A stretch of 62,881 nt of DNA, the filler included. It is 11 parts of 11 records of this genome, joined end to end, with 100 filler letters (N's around TTAATTAATTAA, not from the genome) between each part and the next. Parts side by side here need not be neighbours in the genome. Positions count along the whole stretch, not along the records: positions 9,439 to 16,287 come from SRR15195285_4788; positions 16,388 to 20,615 come from SRR15195285_4789; positions 20,716 to 26,160 come from SRR15195285_4794; 8 more parts are not named here. One strand, 5' to 3'. The position numbers and the translations under genes were made by a program. Below the pieces are notes generated by a model. The model made no database searches. It was not told the DNA's origin and saw only the letters and a list, made by a program, of their open reading frames with translations. Shown here one piece after another: positions 9,439-21,597 of the stretch (the stretch's first letter is position 1; every line of letters starts with the position of its first letter).

Positions 9439-12400
9439 AGCTTCAGCAACAGCAGGCGGCGCACCAGGAGATGTTAGACGCGATGAAGGCAAGGCATCAG
9501 GCAGCGGTGGAGGGCCTGAGAGAAACTCACTCTCAAAACGAAAATGCTGAGGTTGAGGCAGCACGTGCGCTGAATTCAGCAACAGTGGATGAGCAGAAGA
9601 AGATGCTTGCAGCGGAAACGGAAGAAGCACTCTTTGCACTGAAGCAGGACCACGAGGCTGGGCTGGCAAAGCTCAGAGAGGACGCGTCATCTGAAGTGGA
9701 AGCAATTAAATCCCAGCAGGATTCTGAGATTGTTTCTTACAGGGAAGATATTGAGAGATACCGACAGGCAGCGCGTCAATATCGGCACAAGCACACATTG
9801 TTGCAGCAGCAGGCGAAGAACGGCCACGATGCCGTTCTGCAGGAGGTTCGAACAGCACAGTTGGCCGAGATGAAACGGATAGAAGACGAGCACGAGGAGG
9901 CCAAGACGACCCGGCGAGAGACGATGGAGGAGGAGATCACTAATCTGGCTGCAGCGTTGAGCAGCGAATTTGAGCAGCTCGCGCAGCAGAAGAGCCAATT
10001 GGAAGAGAAAAGGACTGAGCTGGAGCGGCAAACAGTGGAGCTGGACGCAAAAATCGGGGGGCAAAAACAGAGGCTGGAGATGGAGTTGGACGAGCTAAAG
10101 GAGCACCATGCTTCAGAGAAAGCGGCACTTCTGTCAGAAATCAATGGCCTGTCGGGCGAGCGCGAGCGCGAACGCGCAACGGTAGAGGCCGAGCATGCGG
10201 CTGTGATCACGTCGCTCAAGGAAGAGCAAGAGGCAGCAAAACGCCAGCATGTGGAATATCAGTTGAACGCGGCAGAAGCATTTCAGCGTCTGCAAGCTGA
10301 GTCAGCGCAGGCGAAACATGCGACTTTGAAAACACACCGTGAGGAGATAGCGTCTGAAAGAGAGCTTCAGCAGGCCTACAATGAGGATGTCATGAAGGAA
10401 CTCGAAAAAGAGCACACCCAACAGATGAAGAATCTGGCCGAAAAACATCAGCAGGTAATCGCGGCGCAGGAAACGAGCTTCCAGCAGATGGTTGAAGAAA
10501 GGAGCGCAGAGGACAAGGTAAAACTTGAAATGCTAGTCTCAGAACAGGAGGCGAAAGTGCATACGGAGCGCCAGGAGCACGAGAAGCTACTGGCACTGCA
10601 GAAGCAGAGCATGATTGCTGCACACACCGCCAAGGAAGAACTGGAGGTCAAGCGCACCAATGCAGAGATTTTAGAGCGTGAGCGCTCTCAGCAGGACACC
10701 AAGCTGGCACAAGCACGCGCTGAGCTCGATGCACAACTCGAGCAGCTACGGTGCGAGGCAAGCGACGCAGCAGCCGCGCACAGTGCACAGATGGAAAAGC
10801 AAGGCGTGGAGGCAATGGAGGCGTTACGACAGAAACGTGCGGAGGCAGAGGTGGCCGCGGAGGAGGAGCTGGTGGCAGAGGTGAGTGCGGCACGTCAGCG
10901 CAACGAGGAGGAGCTTGCGGTGTTGCGTGCCGAGGCGGCAACACAGCTGGAGCGGCATCGGTCCGTTGTTCAAGAGGAGGAACGTCAGGCGGCGGAAGAG
11001 CTGCGTACGGCAAAACAGGCACACGAGGATAAGCTGGAGGCTCTAGTCGTGTCGGCGAAGCAGCGTGCTGAGTTGACGAGCGCGGCGCTGCAGCAGCAGG
11101 CGGAAGAGCAACGGGCACTGCAGCTGCAGCGCCAGAAGGTTGGGCACGAGCAGGCGCTGACCGATCTGAGGAATGTGAACGCTGCAGAGATTGTGAAGGC
11201 GCAACAAACGGAGGCATCGAAGCTGGCGGTGGTACAGGTAATGCTCCGCAACAATTGCCGCTGTCTTCCCTGGAACTAGATTTGCAAGCTCATCGATTAT
11301 CGTGTGGCAGGAGGAGGTGGCACGCACACACGCCGTGGAGCTGGAACACACGGAGCGCTCGCAGCAGCACGCTCTAGAGACAGCTATGCACTTACTTCAG
11401 GTCCGCAGGACAAAATGTGTCTGCAGAGATCATATCTCTTGCTAGCTTGTAGCTACTGTGTGCTTCTCAGTTGCTGACGGATCCTTTTGAAGATTGTGAC
11501 TGCGTATCAACTCGGCAATGTTGCTTGTGCTTTGTCATCGCACAGGAGCAGCACGATGAACAGCGTGCGCGCATGCAAGAGGAAGTGGAAGCACAGATCG
11601 CGGCAGACCATGCGGCAACGTTGAAGGCAGTGGCGGGCGAGCAGCAGCAGGCGCTTGCGGCCGTTATCGCGCGCGGAGAAGCACTCAAGCAGGTTTGTTG
11701 AGGCAGCTGCCTTGCTTTGCTACTGTGCGAGGTGTATCCCTAGTTATGCCGCTGCCGTGTTGCTGTGAGCAGGCACAGCTGAAGGCTCACGGGGACGAAA
11801 TGGCTGGGATCACCGCGCGTCACGAGCGTATTATCAACCTTCAGGAGCGTGACCATGTTGACCGTCTGGCTCAGCTGCACACTGAGCATGCTGAAACGAA
11901 GCAGGCGGCCATAGAACAGCACGAGGTGGCGGTGGCAGAGCAGCTGCAGCAGCTCACAAAGGTTCGCTGATAACAGGCATGCATTCCGTTGAATCTCCTG
12001 TGCGCTCACCGTAAAATCAATTCGGTGCCACAGATCAAGATCGCGAAGCAGAAAGCAGAGCTATTGTCGGCACTCGAGGCCCAACGTAAGCAGCACGATG
12101 AAGCACTTGCTGCACTGAGTGGCGGTGCGTGCAATTTCTGAATCTACAGTCTTGGGGCCGTTGGCCTTCTCCTACATTTGTCTCTCCCTTCCTTCATCTG
12201 TGTGTTGCTGGTAATTGCGAATCATGGAGAACAAATTTTGAAAAGACTGCGTTGACGTTCTAGAACGCGAGCGTGTACGAGCTGAGATGATGCTGCGGTC
12301 ACCGGCACTTTCTCTCGCTGGGGCTTCGCTAAGCCCAGGAGACCAACACCGCTCTCTCAGTGCCATTTTCGGGGGCGATATCAGTGGTAATGAACAAATG

Positions 12401-14632
12401 GGCTCCGAGGAAGACGCGATGGTTGATGCGTTGCGAAACGAGCACAGCACAGTGGTGATGCAGCACTCGACCGCCCTGCTCAGAACTAAACAGGTACCAT
12501 TGCCGTTGCATTCTACACTTGCGTCGCAACTATGTACACGCTTCTATAGATCTAGACGTATAGACCTATGTATCAGAGACGGTTTAACTGCAGCGTTTAT
12601 CCTTCAGACTCAGCACTGCTGTCTGAAGGGCTAGAGCTGCATTTGTGTTTAAGTGGTCTGAACAATTTCGGCCGAATTGATGTGTGCATGTCGCAGGAGC
12701 ATGCGTTGTCGCTCGAAGCGGCGTCTGAGGCCCACGCGGACGAGCTCAAAAAACTGCTGGAAAAGGCTGCCGAGGAGATTCAAGCGGTTCAAGAAAAACA
12801 CCACGAGCGGCTCGGCAAATTTGAGGCAGACTGCGCACTGCAGCTCGAATTGCGTGAAGAAGAGCAGGTTAGCAAAACTGTTCTGCTAAATGCTTCTCTT
12901 TGCAGCTACCACTGACCAACTTGTCGCATTGAACCACAGGATGCGCTACTGCAGTCGCTTGCTCATCAACATGAGGCAAGAATGGCACAACAGGAGGCCG
13001 AAGCGGCGCGTATTGAGGAGAATTGGGTGTGCTCTTTGTCCGTTGATGGAGTAATCTCTACTACGGAATACGTAGGGTGAAATACACAGTTAGGATGACA
13101 AATCTGTGGTGCCATGCACAGGTGGAAAATCATCCCACGAAGGAGACACTAGCTTCATTGCAGCAGAAGCATAATTCGGCGTTGGCGGCTGCGGAGACAA
13201 GGCATGAGGTAATGTAGCGATGACATGACAGTGACCGATATTAATTGGCTTTGTGGCGATCCGAACTGCAGTTGTGATGTTGGCAGCTGACGCTGATGCT
13301 AAGATTTGGGCCTTGCGTCGTTGTGGCTAGGCGGAGCTCAGTTCTACGATTGCTGCAATGCTTTCTGCTCACAACGCTGAGAAGGATGCGCTGAACAAAG
13401 CCGCTGACGCTTCTGCAGCTGCAGCTGCAGCTGCAAGTGGCTCGCCCGACCGCTCAGGCTTTGGCGAGCTGAGCGCTAGACTCGTGTGTCTTTGTCATTC
13501 CGCCGCGTTGCACAATAGTGTTGGTGATGGACCATCTGATATAAAATTTGGCTGATGCCGTAGGCTGATCCGCCGGATACTCCACTCGGGCAAGCGGCAG
13601 CAATGGCAGTGACACCAGGTGCGCAGTTATCACACATCTCCTCTCCACATAGTGCTATGTATGGACGGATTGTCTGAGTGTAGCCTTCGAAGTGGCAGCT
13701 ATGGAAGCATGTATTTAACATGTGTGGGCGTGACCGCTTTCGGGTGCACATGTGGTGCCTATGCATAGGTGGGACAGCAGGTCCAGGTCGTCCACCAGCT
13801 CCTGGACTTCCCGTCGTAACTACCCAAGGGTGCGTCTGTATTTTGCTCAGACTGCGTCAGTTGGATCGGATTTCATTGGTCGGCGAAGAGCAATGCCTGT
13901 TCTTCTTGCCGTATATGCCTGGTGTTCTTGTCGTACAAGCTTGTGCCGCAACCGCACACGTGTTATCGGCTGACACTGATATGACTATTCGCATGGGGGA
14001 TTGCGGCGGCAGCGTGGGGCGTGGCGGAGACGGCAGTGGCGAGCTTCACGTGCGAGTGGCGTGGACAATCGACGCCCTGCTGCCAACTCCGGAGATGTTT
14101 GAGGTGCAGTTTGGCTTTCGGTGCGTTTCCCTTTGCCGTAGTATGAGTTTCATCTACAGCCACATCGCAATCACCTCCCTAGCGACATCCAGGAATTCTG
14201 TATGCGCGAGCTCTGAGCCTGGAATGCACATTTTGGTCCATGCACATTAGGATCAAGGGCAACTGGTCTCGGCTGCAGGTGGTGCCAGGCACAGATGAAT
14301 GCTGGGCTGGCGGATCGTCCGTGTCCCCGACAGCATCGCTCTCCGAGGCCGCCGAGAGACAGAGCGTTGCCACGTGGAACTGCCAGCTGCCGGACGTGCG
14401 TCTAGTTCGGACCGATCTCTGACCTCAATTTGCGTGAATTTTGAATTTCGATCAATCTTGGAATTTAGGTCCGTGCTTTGCGATTGTGTTTAACCTTTTG
14501 TTTGTGACAACTCGACAGGTGTGTGTTGGTGGACAGTACGTCGTGCGGGTGCGTGGCCGTGGGGGCAGCGGGTGGGGCGCGTGGTCTAGTCGGGCCACGG
14601 TAAAGATTTCGGACCCGCAACGGCTCCTCTGA
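9439..14632 (+). CDS. 5'-truncated long coiled-coil protein with C-terminal fibronectin type III-like domain, about 15 exons
   Basis: A 1.8-kb E/Q/A/H-rich helical exon followed by about 14 GT-AG introns (donors near 11238, 11401, 11692, 11962, 12125, 12494, 12868, 13027, 13209, 13484, 13619, 13830, 14121, 14396) that splice in frame by eye. C-terminus 'PPAPGLP..VRVAW..FEVQF..GGQYVVRVRGRGGSGWGAWS' fits the FN3 pattern. Confidence 0.7.
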
Positions 14633-14763
14633 ATCTCGTGATCGCGAGGCACTTGTGCGCTTTTTTTCGAATCGTTCACTATGACGGCGGTGTCTCAGAA
14701 TGCAATGACATCTGAGCTAATCCCTCCCACTTAGCATTAGTATTCGAATATGTTGATGCTCAG

Positions 14764-16202
14764 CTACCACGGGACAGCATCGGTGTTGTCCTGGTCGGCA
14801 AAATCGTTGACAAGAAGTTTACCAAGGCTGCATGCCACCGGGCCAGGCTCCCCGTTGCCCACCTTTTGCCCATCAAACGTCAAGATGGGCTTCGAATAAC
14901 CGCCGCCGAAATCGATCATCTCCGTCGCTTCGGCTTTGGCCTCATCCAGCGATATCGGTCGTTGCGCGACACCGCCAGGCAGAATGCCGGGCCCGAGTGA
15001 CGGTGCCAACTCGAAGGCGCGTTTCAGCGTTGTGCTCGCCAAGATGTTGTCGAACGGTGGCGCCACAAGTGTGCCATCGATGACAAAGCCAATGCAAGAG
15101 ACCGCTGATTCTGTGCATGCAAAAGGTGTCAATAAGTCTCAACCACTGCGAATGTATCAATCCGAATCGCTAGTCTGCCAACGAGCTGTGCACCTGTGAT
15201 CCAGCCTCCATCACTCTGTATACCAAGCGCTGCGCCGGCCCTGTCACAACCAACCACCTCTGTCAAGTTTAGCTTCCTGCGCCTGCACGGACTAAGCAAA
15301 CAGAATGTGAACCTTCTGCTTCCATAGACATTGTGTGCTTCGCACCGCTCTGCGTGCATCGCCACTAGCGCATTCAGTAGGTAGTTGTTCGACTTCATGG
15401 TCGCCAGAAGCGGCGGCTTGAGCGGACTGTGCAAGGACCCACACATACTGATCATGCACACTGCGGCAAGGGCTGTTGAGGGAAAACGACAGCAATACAA
15501 CTACAAAATGACTCACACGTCGACTGTCACTGCTGCGCAACCTGGATGTGGCGAAACGTGGCTGTCTCGATGTACCGCCACGTAGAAGTTCGGGCTCGTG
15601 CACCCTGTTGAAATCATAGTTCCAAGTCAGTACACGGTACACACAGTACAGGTTCCTGCAATCGTATACCATGATTGTATCGATCGCATTCACCTGTAGG
15701 CGAGACGTTGAAATTGCCGCGGCCTGCTGAAAGCCAGTAGCGGACAAAGTACGCTTCGCCGTCTGCTGGCCTGCAAACAACGTAAATCAGCATACAATCA
15801 TATTAGCGGGCACAATAACGTGTCCACATTTTCACATTCAGCTTGAGGTACCACGCCAAAACGAACGTTGTTTGACGCTATAACTTTCTGTGTGTCATAC
15901 CTCCCTGCAGCAGCGATGGTCTCCAGGACAATGGACCTGGTACACCACATACAATCATGCGGACAGATGGAAATCAGCTATGGGAGTGCAGAAACCAGCC
16001 AGCGTCAGGGAATGGGTTTGCAATAGGAAGCCACACCCACTGCATTTCCAAGCAGTCGTTCTACTGTGTTTGGCTAGAATTGTCAGCGCACCTCAGCTCC
16101 TCTTTCGACCAGGGCACATCTTCGATCTCCGCCTTCGCCGCTGAACCGATTAAGCGATCGAGATGAAAGCCTAGCCCATACGCTCTGCCGCCCTCCACAT
16201 TG
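14764..16202 (-). CDS. PLP-dependent aminotransferase class IV (D-amino-acid aminotransferase/ADC lyase-like), 5'-truncated, at least 7 exons
   Basis: Spliced exons read 'NVEGGRAYGLGFHLDRLIGSA', 'VRYWLSAGRGNFNVSP', 'PLKPPLLATMKSNNYLLNAL' (PLP lysine), 'ITESAVSCIGFV', 'PPFDNILASTT' and 'DGQKVGNGEPGPV'. Confidence 0.88.
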
Positions 16203-16263
16203 CTGCACAACATTGATGCCCACACTGAGTCAGCCTGCTGTAGCTAGGCCTGCCGGGGAGAGA

Positions 16264-16287
16264 AGAGAGAGAGAGAGAGAGAGAGAG
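16264..16287. repeat. (GA)n microsatellite at contig end
   Basis: agagagagagagagagagagagag immediately before the spacer. Confidence 0.85.
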
Positions 16288-16387
16288 NNNNNNNNNNNNN
16301 NNNNNNNNNNNNNNNNNNNNNNNNNNNNNNNTTAATTAATTAANNNNNNNNNNNNNNNNNNNNNNNNNNNNNNNNNNNNNNNNNNNN
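16288..16387. other. Artificial contig spacer
   Basis: 100 nt of N with TTAATTAATTAA. Confidence 0.98.
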
Positions 16388-16769
16388 CTTTTAATACATC
16401 CCGGCGCTTTATTGTACCGTACTCTTGCGTCTTGGAATGACGACCGTGAGGACGTGGCACGCTCACCCGACAGCTCACGTGACCCCCCCGTCTCTTATAC
16501 CTCAATTTCACCGCGGGGTCAGAACACCCCCGTAATTTCAATACCGATGCGCCAAGAACCAAGGCAGCGAACTCGAGGCGGTCAGGGACGGTCACCGGGC
16601 GCACTATATTTCCCAGTGAGTTCTCAGTACTGCCCAGGTGGCCTGTGACGTGGCAGCGCTCCCCGCCGTTACGCTGGGCGTTACGCTGGGGTGGGGTGAA
16701 GCGGAAGGAAGGCAAGGGGAGGGAGGGGGAGGGGGAGGGGGTGGGGGTGGTCTTAGAGGGCAAGGGGAG

Positions 16770-18268
16770 ATGCCGCCGGTGGTCAATGCGGCGCTGCTGC
16801 AACAGGCGTTTGAGAAGATGGATGTGGTGCGTTGTAACCCTGCGTGCCCCGCGGCTGTTCCTCCTTGCTCTGCTGGCCTCCTTTGCTGCCGGTCTGTCTC
16901 TCTGCACACTCACTCGCAGACACACAGTGGGGGCGGGGAGCGGGGGGTATGGCTCGTAGTGCGCGCGTGGCATTGATCGTTTGGTGTGCGCGGGGGTGCT
17001 GCAGGACGGGAATGGGTCCCTGGACAGGAATGAGATCAAGCAGCTAATGCAGATCATGGAGCCGCGCCGGGGCATCACGAACGAGGAACTTGACGCCGCG
17101 ATGGTTGAGATTGACACCTCGGTACGCGAGAGCATCTGATCGCGTGCGTCCGCGCGCACGGAACGCCCTCACCAACCTATGAACTGCGCAGGGCGACGGA
17201 ACGGTGGACTTTACGGAGTTTAAGATATACTGGGAGAAGAACATTGACGAGGGTGGGGGTGTGCTGAATGGACTGATGAACCGGATGGGATCGCTGATGC
17301 AAGCATCGTCCGACACGGCGCTCGAGCAGGTCAAGGCCAATCGTGCGCAGATCGACTCGCTGGTAAGCAAGTGGGCCCTCGACAAGCCGATCGAAGCGGA
17401 GCGGAAGGTCAACGTGCTCGACAAGGACCCTGCGGAGTTGACAATGGACGACTTGCGAGGGGAATCGAAGGCTGTCCTCTCGCAGGTCCTAAAGCGTTGT
17501 AAGAAGGGCTCTCGCGAGGCCAAGATGGTGCAGACGATGATTGATAAGGCCGAGGGCGGTACCGAGGTCGTCCTGAAAAGCGGCAAGAAGCTTGACGCGT
17601 CTTACGGTAAATATATGGACATGGGCCCCGGGGCGATCAACCTGGCGATGAAAGCTATGCAGAAGAACTTGAAGAAGCTGAAGAAGGGCAAAAAGAACGC
17701 CGCCGCTCTGCAGCAGACAGAGGCCACGCAGAAGCAGCTGGACACTGTTGGGCTCATCTTTGCCGACAAAGTGCAGTACAGTGGATTGCTTAAAAAGAAG
17801 GGTGGCAAAAAGGGCACGAAAGGGATCGACGAGAGATGGTTTGCCCTGGAGAACGTGAACGGCTCCCACTGGGTGCTGGAGTACTATCACCCGAAGAAGT
17901 TCACACTGCTTGGGGAGATTCCGATCGACTCGCACTGCGTAATCGAGCGCGACGACAGAACCGATAAGGACGGTACCACACAGTACCACTTGGACGTCAC
18001 CTGCACGGAGCAGGGGCGCACGTATTACATGTTGACAGACAACAAGGGGGCCCGGGACGAGTGGTTCAAGTTCATCTGTGAGGACGCGGGCGTAAGCGGA
18101 CTCGAGCACGACTCGGACGATCATGACGACGAGATAGCAGGCGACGATTCCGAGGACGACCACCCTGAGGAGATTGACGACGGAGAGGAGGAGGGTGTTC
18201 CACCGGAGGGGACTGCGAAAACAGCGGCACCGCCAGCCGAAGAGGAGGACGACGACGACCTCGAGTAG
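16770..18268 (+). CDS. EF-hand pair plus PH domain protein with acidic tail, 3 exons
   Basis: Spliced EF loops 'DV|DGNGSLDRNE' and 'DTS|GDGTVDFTE' (introns about 16827-17003 and 17122-17191). PH pattern 'YSGLLKKKGG..ERWFAL..LEYY..LGEIPI..RTYYMLTDNKGARDEWFKFI'. Confidence 0.85.
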
Positions 18269-18501
18269 CGTGCATATTGTACTCAGAGCCAAATGGTAAT
18301 TGTTTCGCATATGCACCTGCGCATGCACGTGCGTCTGGACACGTCCTCTCGATGAAAATGTCTTGTACGCGCCTCGCAGCTGTGCTAACACTCCTGCAGT
18401 GTACTTCGCATGATTTCTGGCGCGCGTAACCCTCCTGGGCAAGCCGTCTGAGCCCTGCTGTTGAATTTGTTGTTTTCCACACTGTCCTGAAGGCTCCCCG
18501 A

Positions 18502-20410
18502 TCAAGCGCTTGTCGCTTGGGCTGACATGGTTCGCGTGTTGACTGCCTGCCTCACCCATCGCCTGCGCCGAACCCACGTTGTTCCTTCCTTGTCGCAACC
18601 ATCGTACCACTTGACGTCTTCACCGCGCAATCGCTGAAGCGGATCAATTTGAACGAATTCGAACGCGTACTGCCAGCCCTCGCTATCAGCGTCCGTGGTG
18701 TCGAGAGCCCATTCACCGTCCCATTGCCACCCTTCGCCTTCAGGAAGCATCGCGTCTGGTCTTTCAGACGGATTTTCGAGCTCTCCGTCACCGTTCCTGT
18801 CAGAAAAGTTCTTACGCTCGATAGGGAGCAACGTGGCACTATGAAAACCTTGGGGTGACGCATCCTCATGCTGAGACTGCAAGCGCGGCCGTCGTTGATT
18901 TTCGAAGATCTCGACAATCTCTGCCGATGGAGACACGCCATGCACACGTGCGGTCACGTCATAAGGTGAGGCCAATGAAACCCGAGCAAGTACACGAGTG
19001 AGTGGTGGCAAGACAGAGGTTCACGCACGGCGCGGCCGTAGCTCCTGGATGCGAGCCTGCATCTCTCGAGAAGCCTCTTCTAGCTGTTGCAACTGGCGTT
19101 TCGCCTCTTTCAGCTCGGCCAGCTTGTGACGCATCTCGTCGTCCTGGTCCAGCAGCGTGTCAGCGTGTGGCTCTGGCTCTGGCAACACGCCGCCAGTCGA
19201 TGCGGTGAGTGTCGTGGTTTCGGATGACGCAGACCGTTCGAGCGCATCTATCTCTGTTCCAAGTCTGTGTTGCTCAAGCACAAAAAGTCTTTTAGACTGC
19301 TCGAGCATGTCCTGCAAACGATCTTGCATCCGCTCATTGTCTTTCTCGACTCTAGCCTTCTCCTGCAACGCTTTCTCTTCTCGGCGAATTGCACCGGCGG
19401 CCAAGCTTCTGTGAGTCTGCGCCTCTTGCTTTTGCTGGAGCCGCGCCTCCTCCTCCCACTTATTCTTCTCTGTCAGCTGTTCTACCTGGGTCTTCAACTC
19501 TTGATTCTGCGCCCGAAGCCTCTCAAGCTCTTCAAGCTGTTCCGGCTCTGGCGCGGGAGGAAGGCTATCTTCGTCTGACTCGGATCTCGTGCCAGCTTCG
19601 AGCTCCTGGATTTTCTCCTGAAGCTCGCGGTTCCGTTCCTCGAGCTCCGATCGCTGCTCATCCAGCGCCACCCTCTGCCTTTCTGTGTCCGCAAGTGCTT
19701 GTTCCAGTCCCTTCATGTCGTACACCAGTTCTTCTTTTTCTCGCTCCAGCTCATCGCTCTGCTGTTGCAATTCTGACCAGTCAGCTTCTATCTCCGAGAG
19801 TCGGTCTTCTGCGTCTTGCGCGCTCTCGAGCTCGTCAGCCAGTTCTCGACATTTCTCCTCCGCCAGCCGACGCTCTTCTAGTGTGTCATCGCGCTCTTCA
19901 CGCAAGCGATTCAGTGTCGTCGCAACGGGTTCCCCAGCCACAGAGCTGGTCAACGCAGTGCTCTGCGATTGCTCGCGCAGCCCATCGATCTCTTTCTGTG
20001 CAGCCGTGAGCTGCGAACACCTGCTCCAGCGAACCATACCGTTTGATCAGGACCCAAAACCGTACAGACTTCCAATGCGAAATTGATCATTGGGAACCCA
20101 GATCAGTGTGTCCCATCGTGGGTTTGAGAGTGGGGGGCGAGAGAGAGAGACAGAGAGGGAGAGAGAATCAGCGCGTATGCCGGAGTAGGTACAGCTTGAG
20201 ATGCTGCTGCCGCAAGCGCTCAAGCGTCGCGGCCGTACTGCTCCTGGCGAGTCTAGAGCCTGCCTGGTCCTCACTGCGCGTCAGCCTTTCCACTCCCGCC
20301 GGCGGTACAGCCTCGTGCGGACCGTCCATCTCCCTCTCTTCCATCCACCCTTCGTCCGACGACGGCGCCGTCGGCGGGAGGCACGGCGCCGCTGCCAATT
20401 GAATTGCCAT
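18502..20410 (-). CDS. Coiled-coil protein with C-terminal DysF (dysferlin/Pex24p-type) domain, 3 exons
   Basis: DysF motifs 'EIFENQR', 'LPEGEGWQWDGEWALD', 'EGWQYA' and 'VRRRRWVR'. Joined to the coiled-coil ORF 19021-20037 and ORF 20168-20410 by GT-AG introns. Start codon uncertain. Confidence 0.75.
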
Positions 20411-20615
20411 GGTCCTTGGTCGTTGGTCCCCTCGCGCGCGCGTCTCCGCGCGTCACGCGACACGTCTGGGTGCATACCGGCAACTTATAATTACTTGCTC
20501 ACAGAGTGCCCAGGTCGGCGCTTGGAAGAAGAAGAAGAGCATGAAGAATAGAACAAACGTTGCAAAACAAACGCATTGGCGCTTTGTGACACCCCTGTCT
20601 CGCGGGTGGCCTTGT

Positions 20616-20715
20616 NNNNNNNNNNNNNNNNNNNNNNNNNNNNNNNNNNNNNNNNNNNNTTAATTAATTAANNNNNNNNNNNNNNNNNNNNNNNNNNNNN
20701 NNNNNNNNNNNNNNN
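20616..20715. other. Artificial contig spacer
   Basis: 100 nt of N with TTAATTAATTAA. Confidence 0.98.
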
Positions 20716-21551
20716 CAGCCGAGGCTGTGAGAAGTGGTGGCGTCCGGCTCGGGAAGCCGTTTCAAGAAGACCTGCTGCGGCTGTATGCGCTGTTCAAGCA
20801 GGGGACAGAGGGCGACTGCTGCACCCCTCGGCCTTCTATGCTGGAGATGGCTGCGGCTCTCAAGTGGGATGCTTGGAACGAGGTGGCTGGCATGTCGCTG
20901 CAGACGGCCAGAATGTCATACGTCGCGCTAGTCCAGCAGTTGAGTGGACAGGCCGCAGAGGCTGGTGAAGCAGACGATGACGACGAGGCGGCGCTGGAAG
21001 CTGCTACGAACATGGGTTTCGGTGGCTTTGGTGGAGGGGGGCTCAAGGGCGGCCTCTCTGCAGGAGGGGATTGGTACGGCGAGGACGACAATACAGCATC
21101 TGGAGAAGGGGGCGGGAGCGGGGATGGGGGGACGGCCCTGTGGGCACTCGCTAGAGACGGCAAACTGGCTGAAATCGATGAAAAGCTATCACAGGGTGGT
21201 GATGGTGCGTCAGCCGCAGTGAATGCTGCTGATGAGTCTGCCCGGACTGCCCTATACTGGGCTGCAGATCGTGGCCACGACGCGGTAGTTCGGTGCTTGC
21301 TACAGAATGGCGCGGACGTTGATGCCCAGGCAGACGACGGCCAGACGGCACTTCACTGTGCGATTGTATGCGAGTTCGGTGCCGTTGTTGATTTGCTTCT
21401 GGAGGCTGGGGCAAGCACGACCATAGAGGACGAGGATGGCGAGACACCTTTGACGCTGGCGCAGGAAATGCTAGGTGAAGAGGATCCCATATCAAAACGA
21501 GTGGCGGCGGATGCCGCCGCTATGACAACAGCAGCGGTGTCAACCGATTGA
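20716..21551 (+). CDS. Acyl-CoA-binding domain plus ankyrin repeat protein (ACBD6-like), 5'-truncated
   Basis: ACBP motif 'LRLYALFKQGTEGDC..P..KWDAW..GMS..A..SYV'. Ankyrins 'RTALYWAADRGH' and 'GQTALHCAIVCE'. Confidence 0.9.
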
Positions 21552-21597
21552 AAATAGAACACCTTTACACATTCGCCTACGGCTCGTTGGCACGCGC

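Noticed and set aside
13455-13490. Possible non-canonical GC-AG donor in the coiled-coil gene
   Set aside because: A canonical GT donor at about 13484 (CTC|GTGTGT) restores the frame, whereas the GC option gives an immediate stop.
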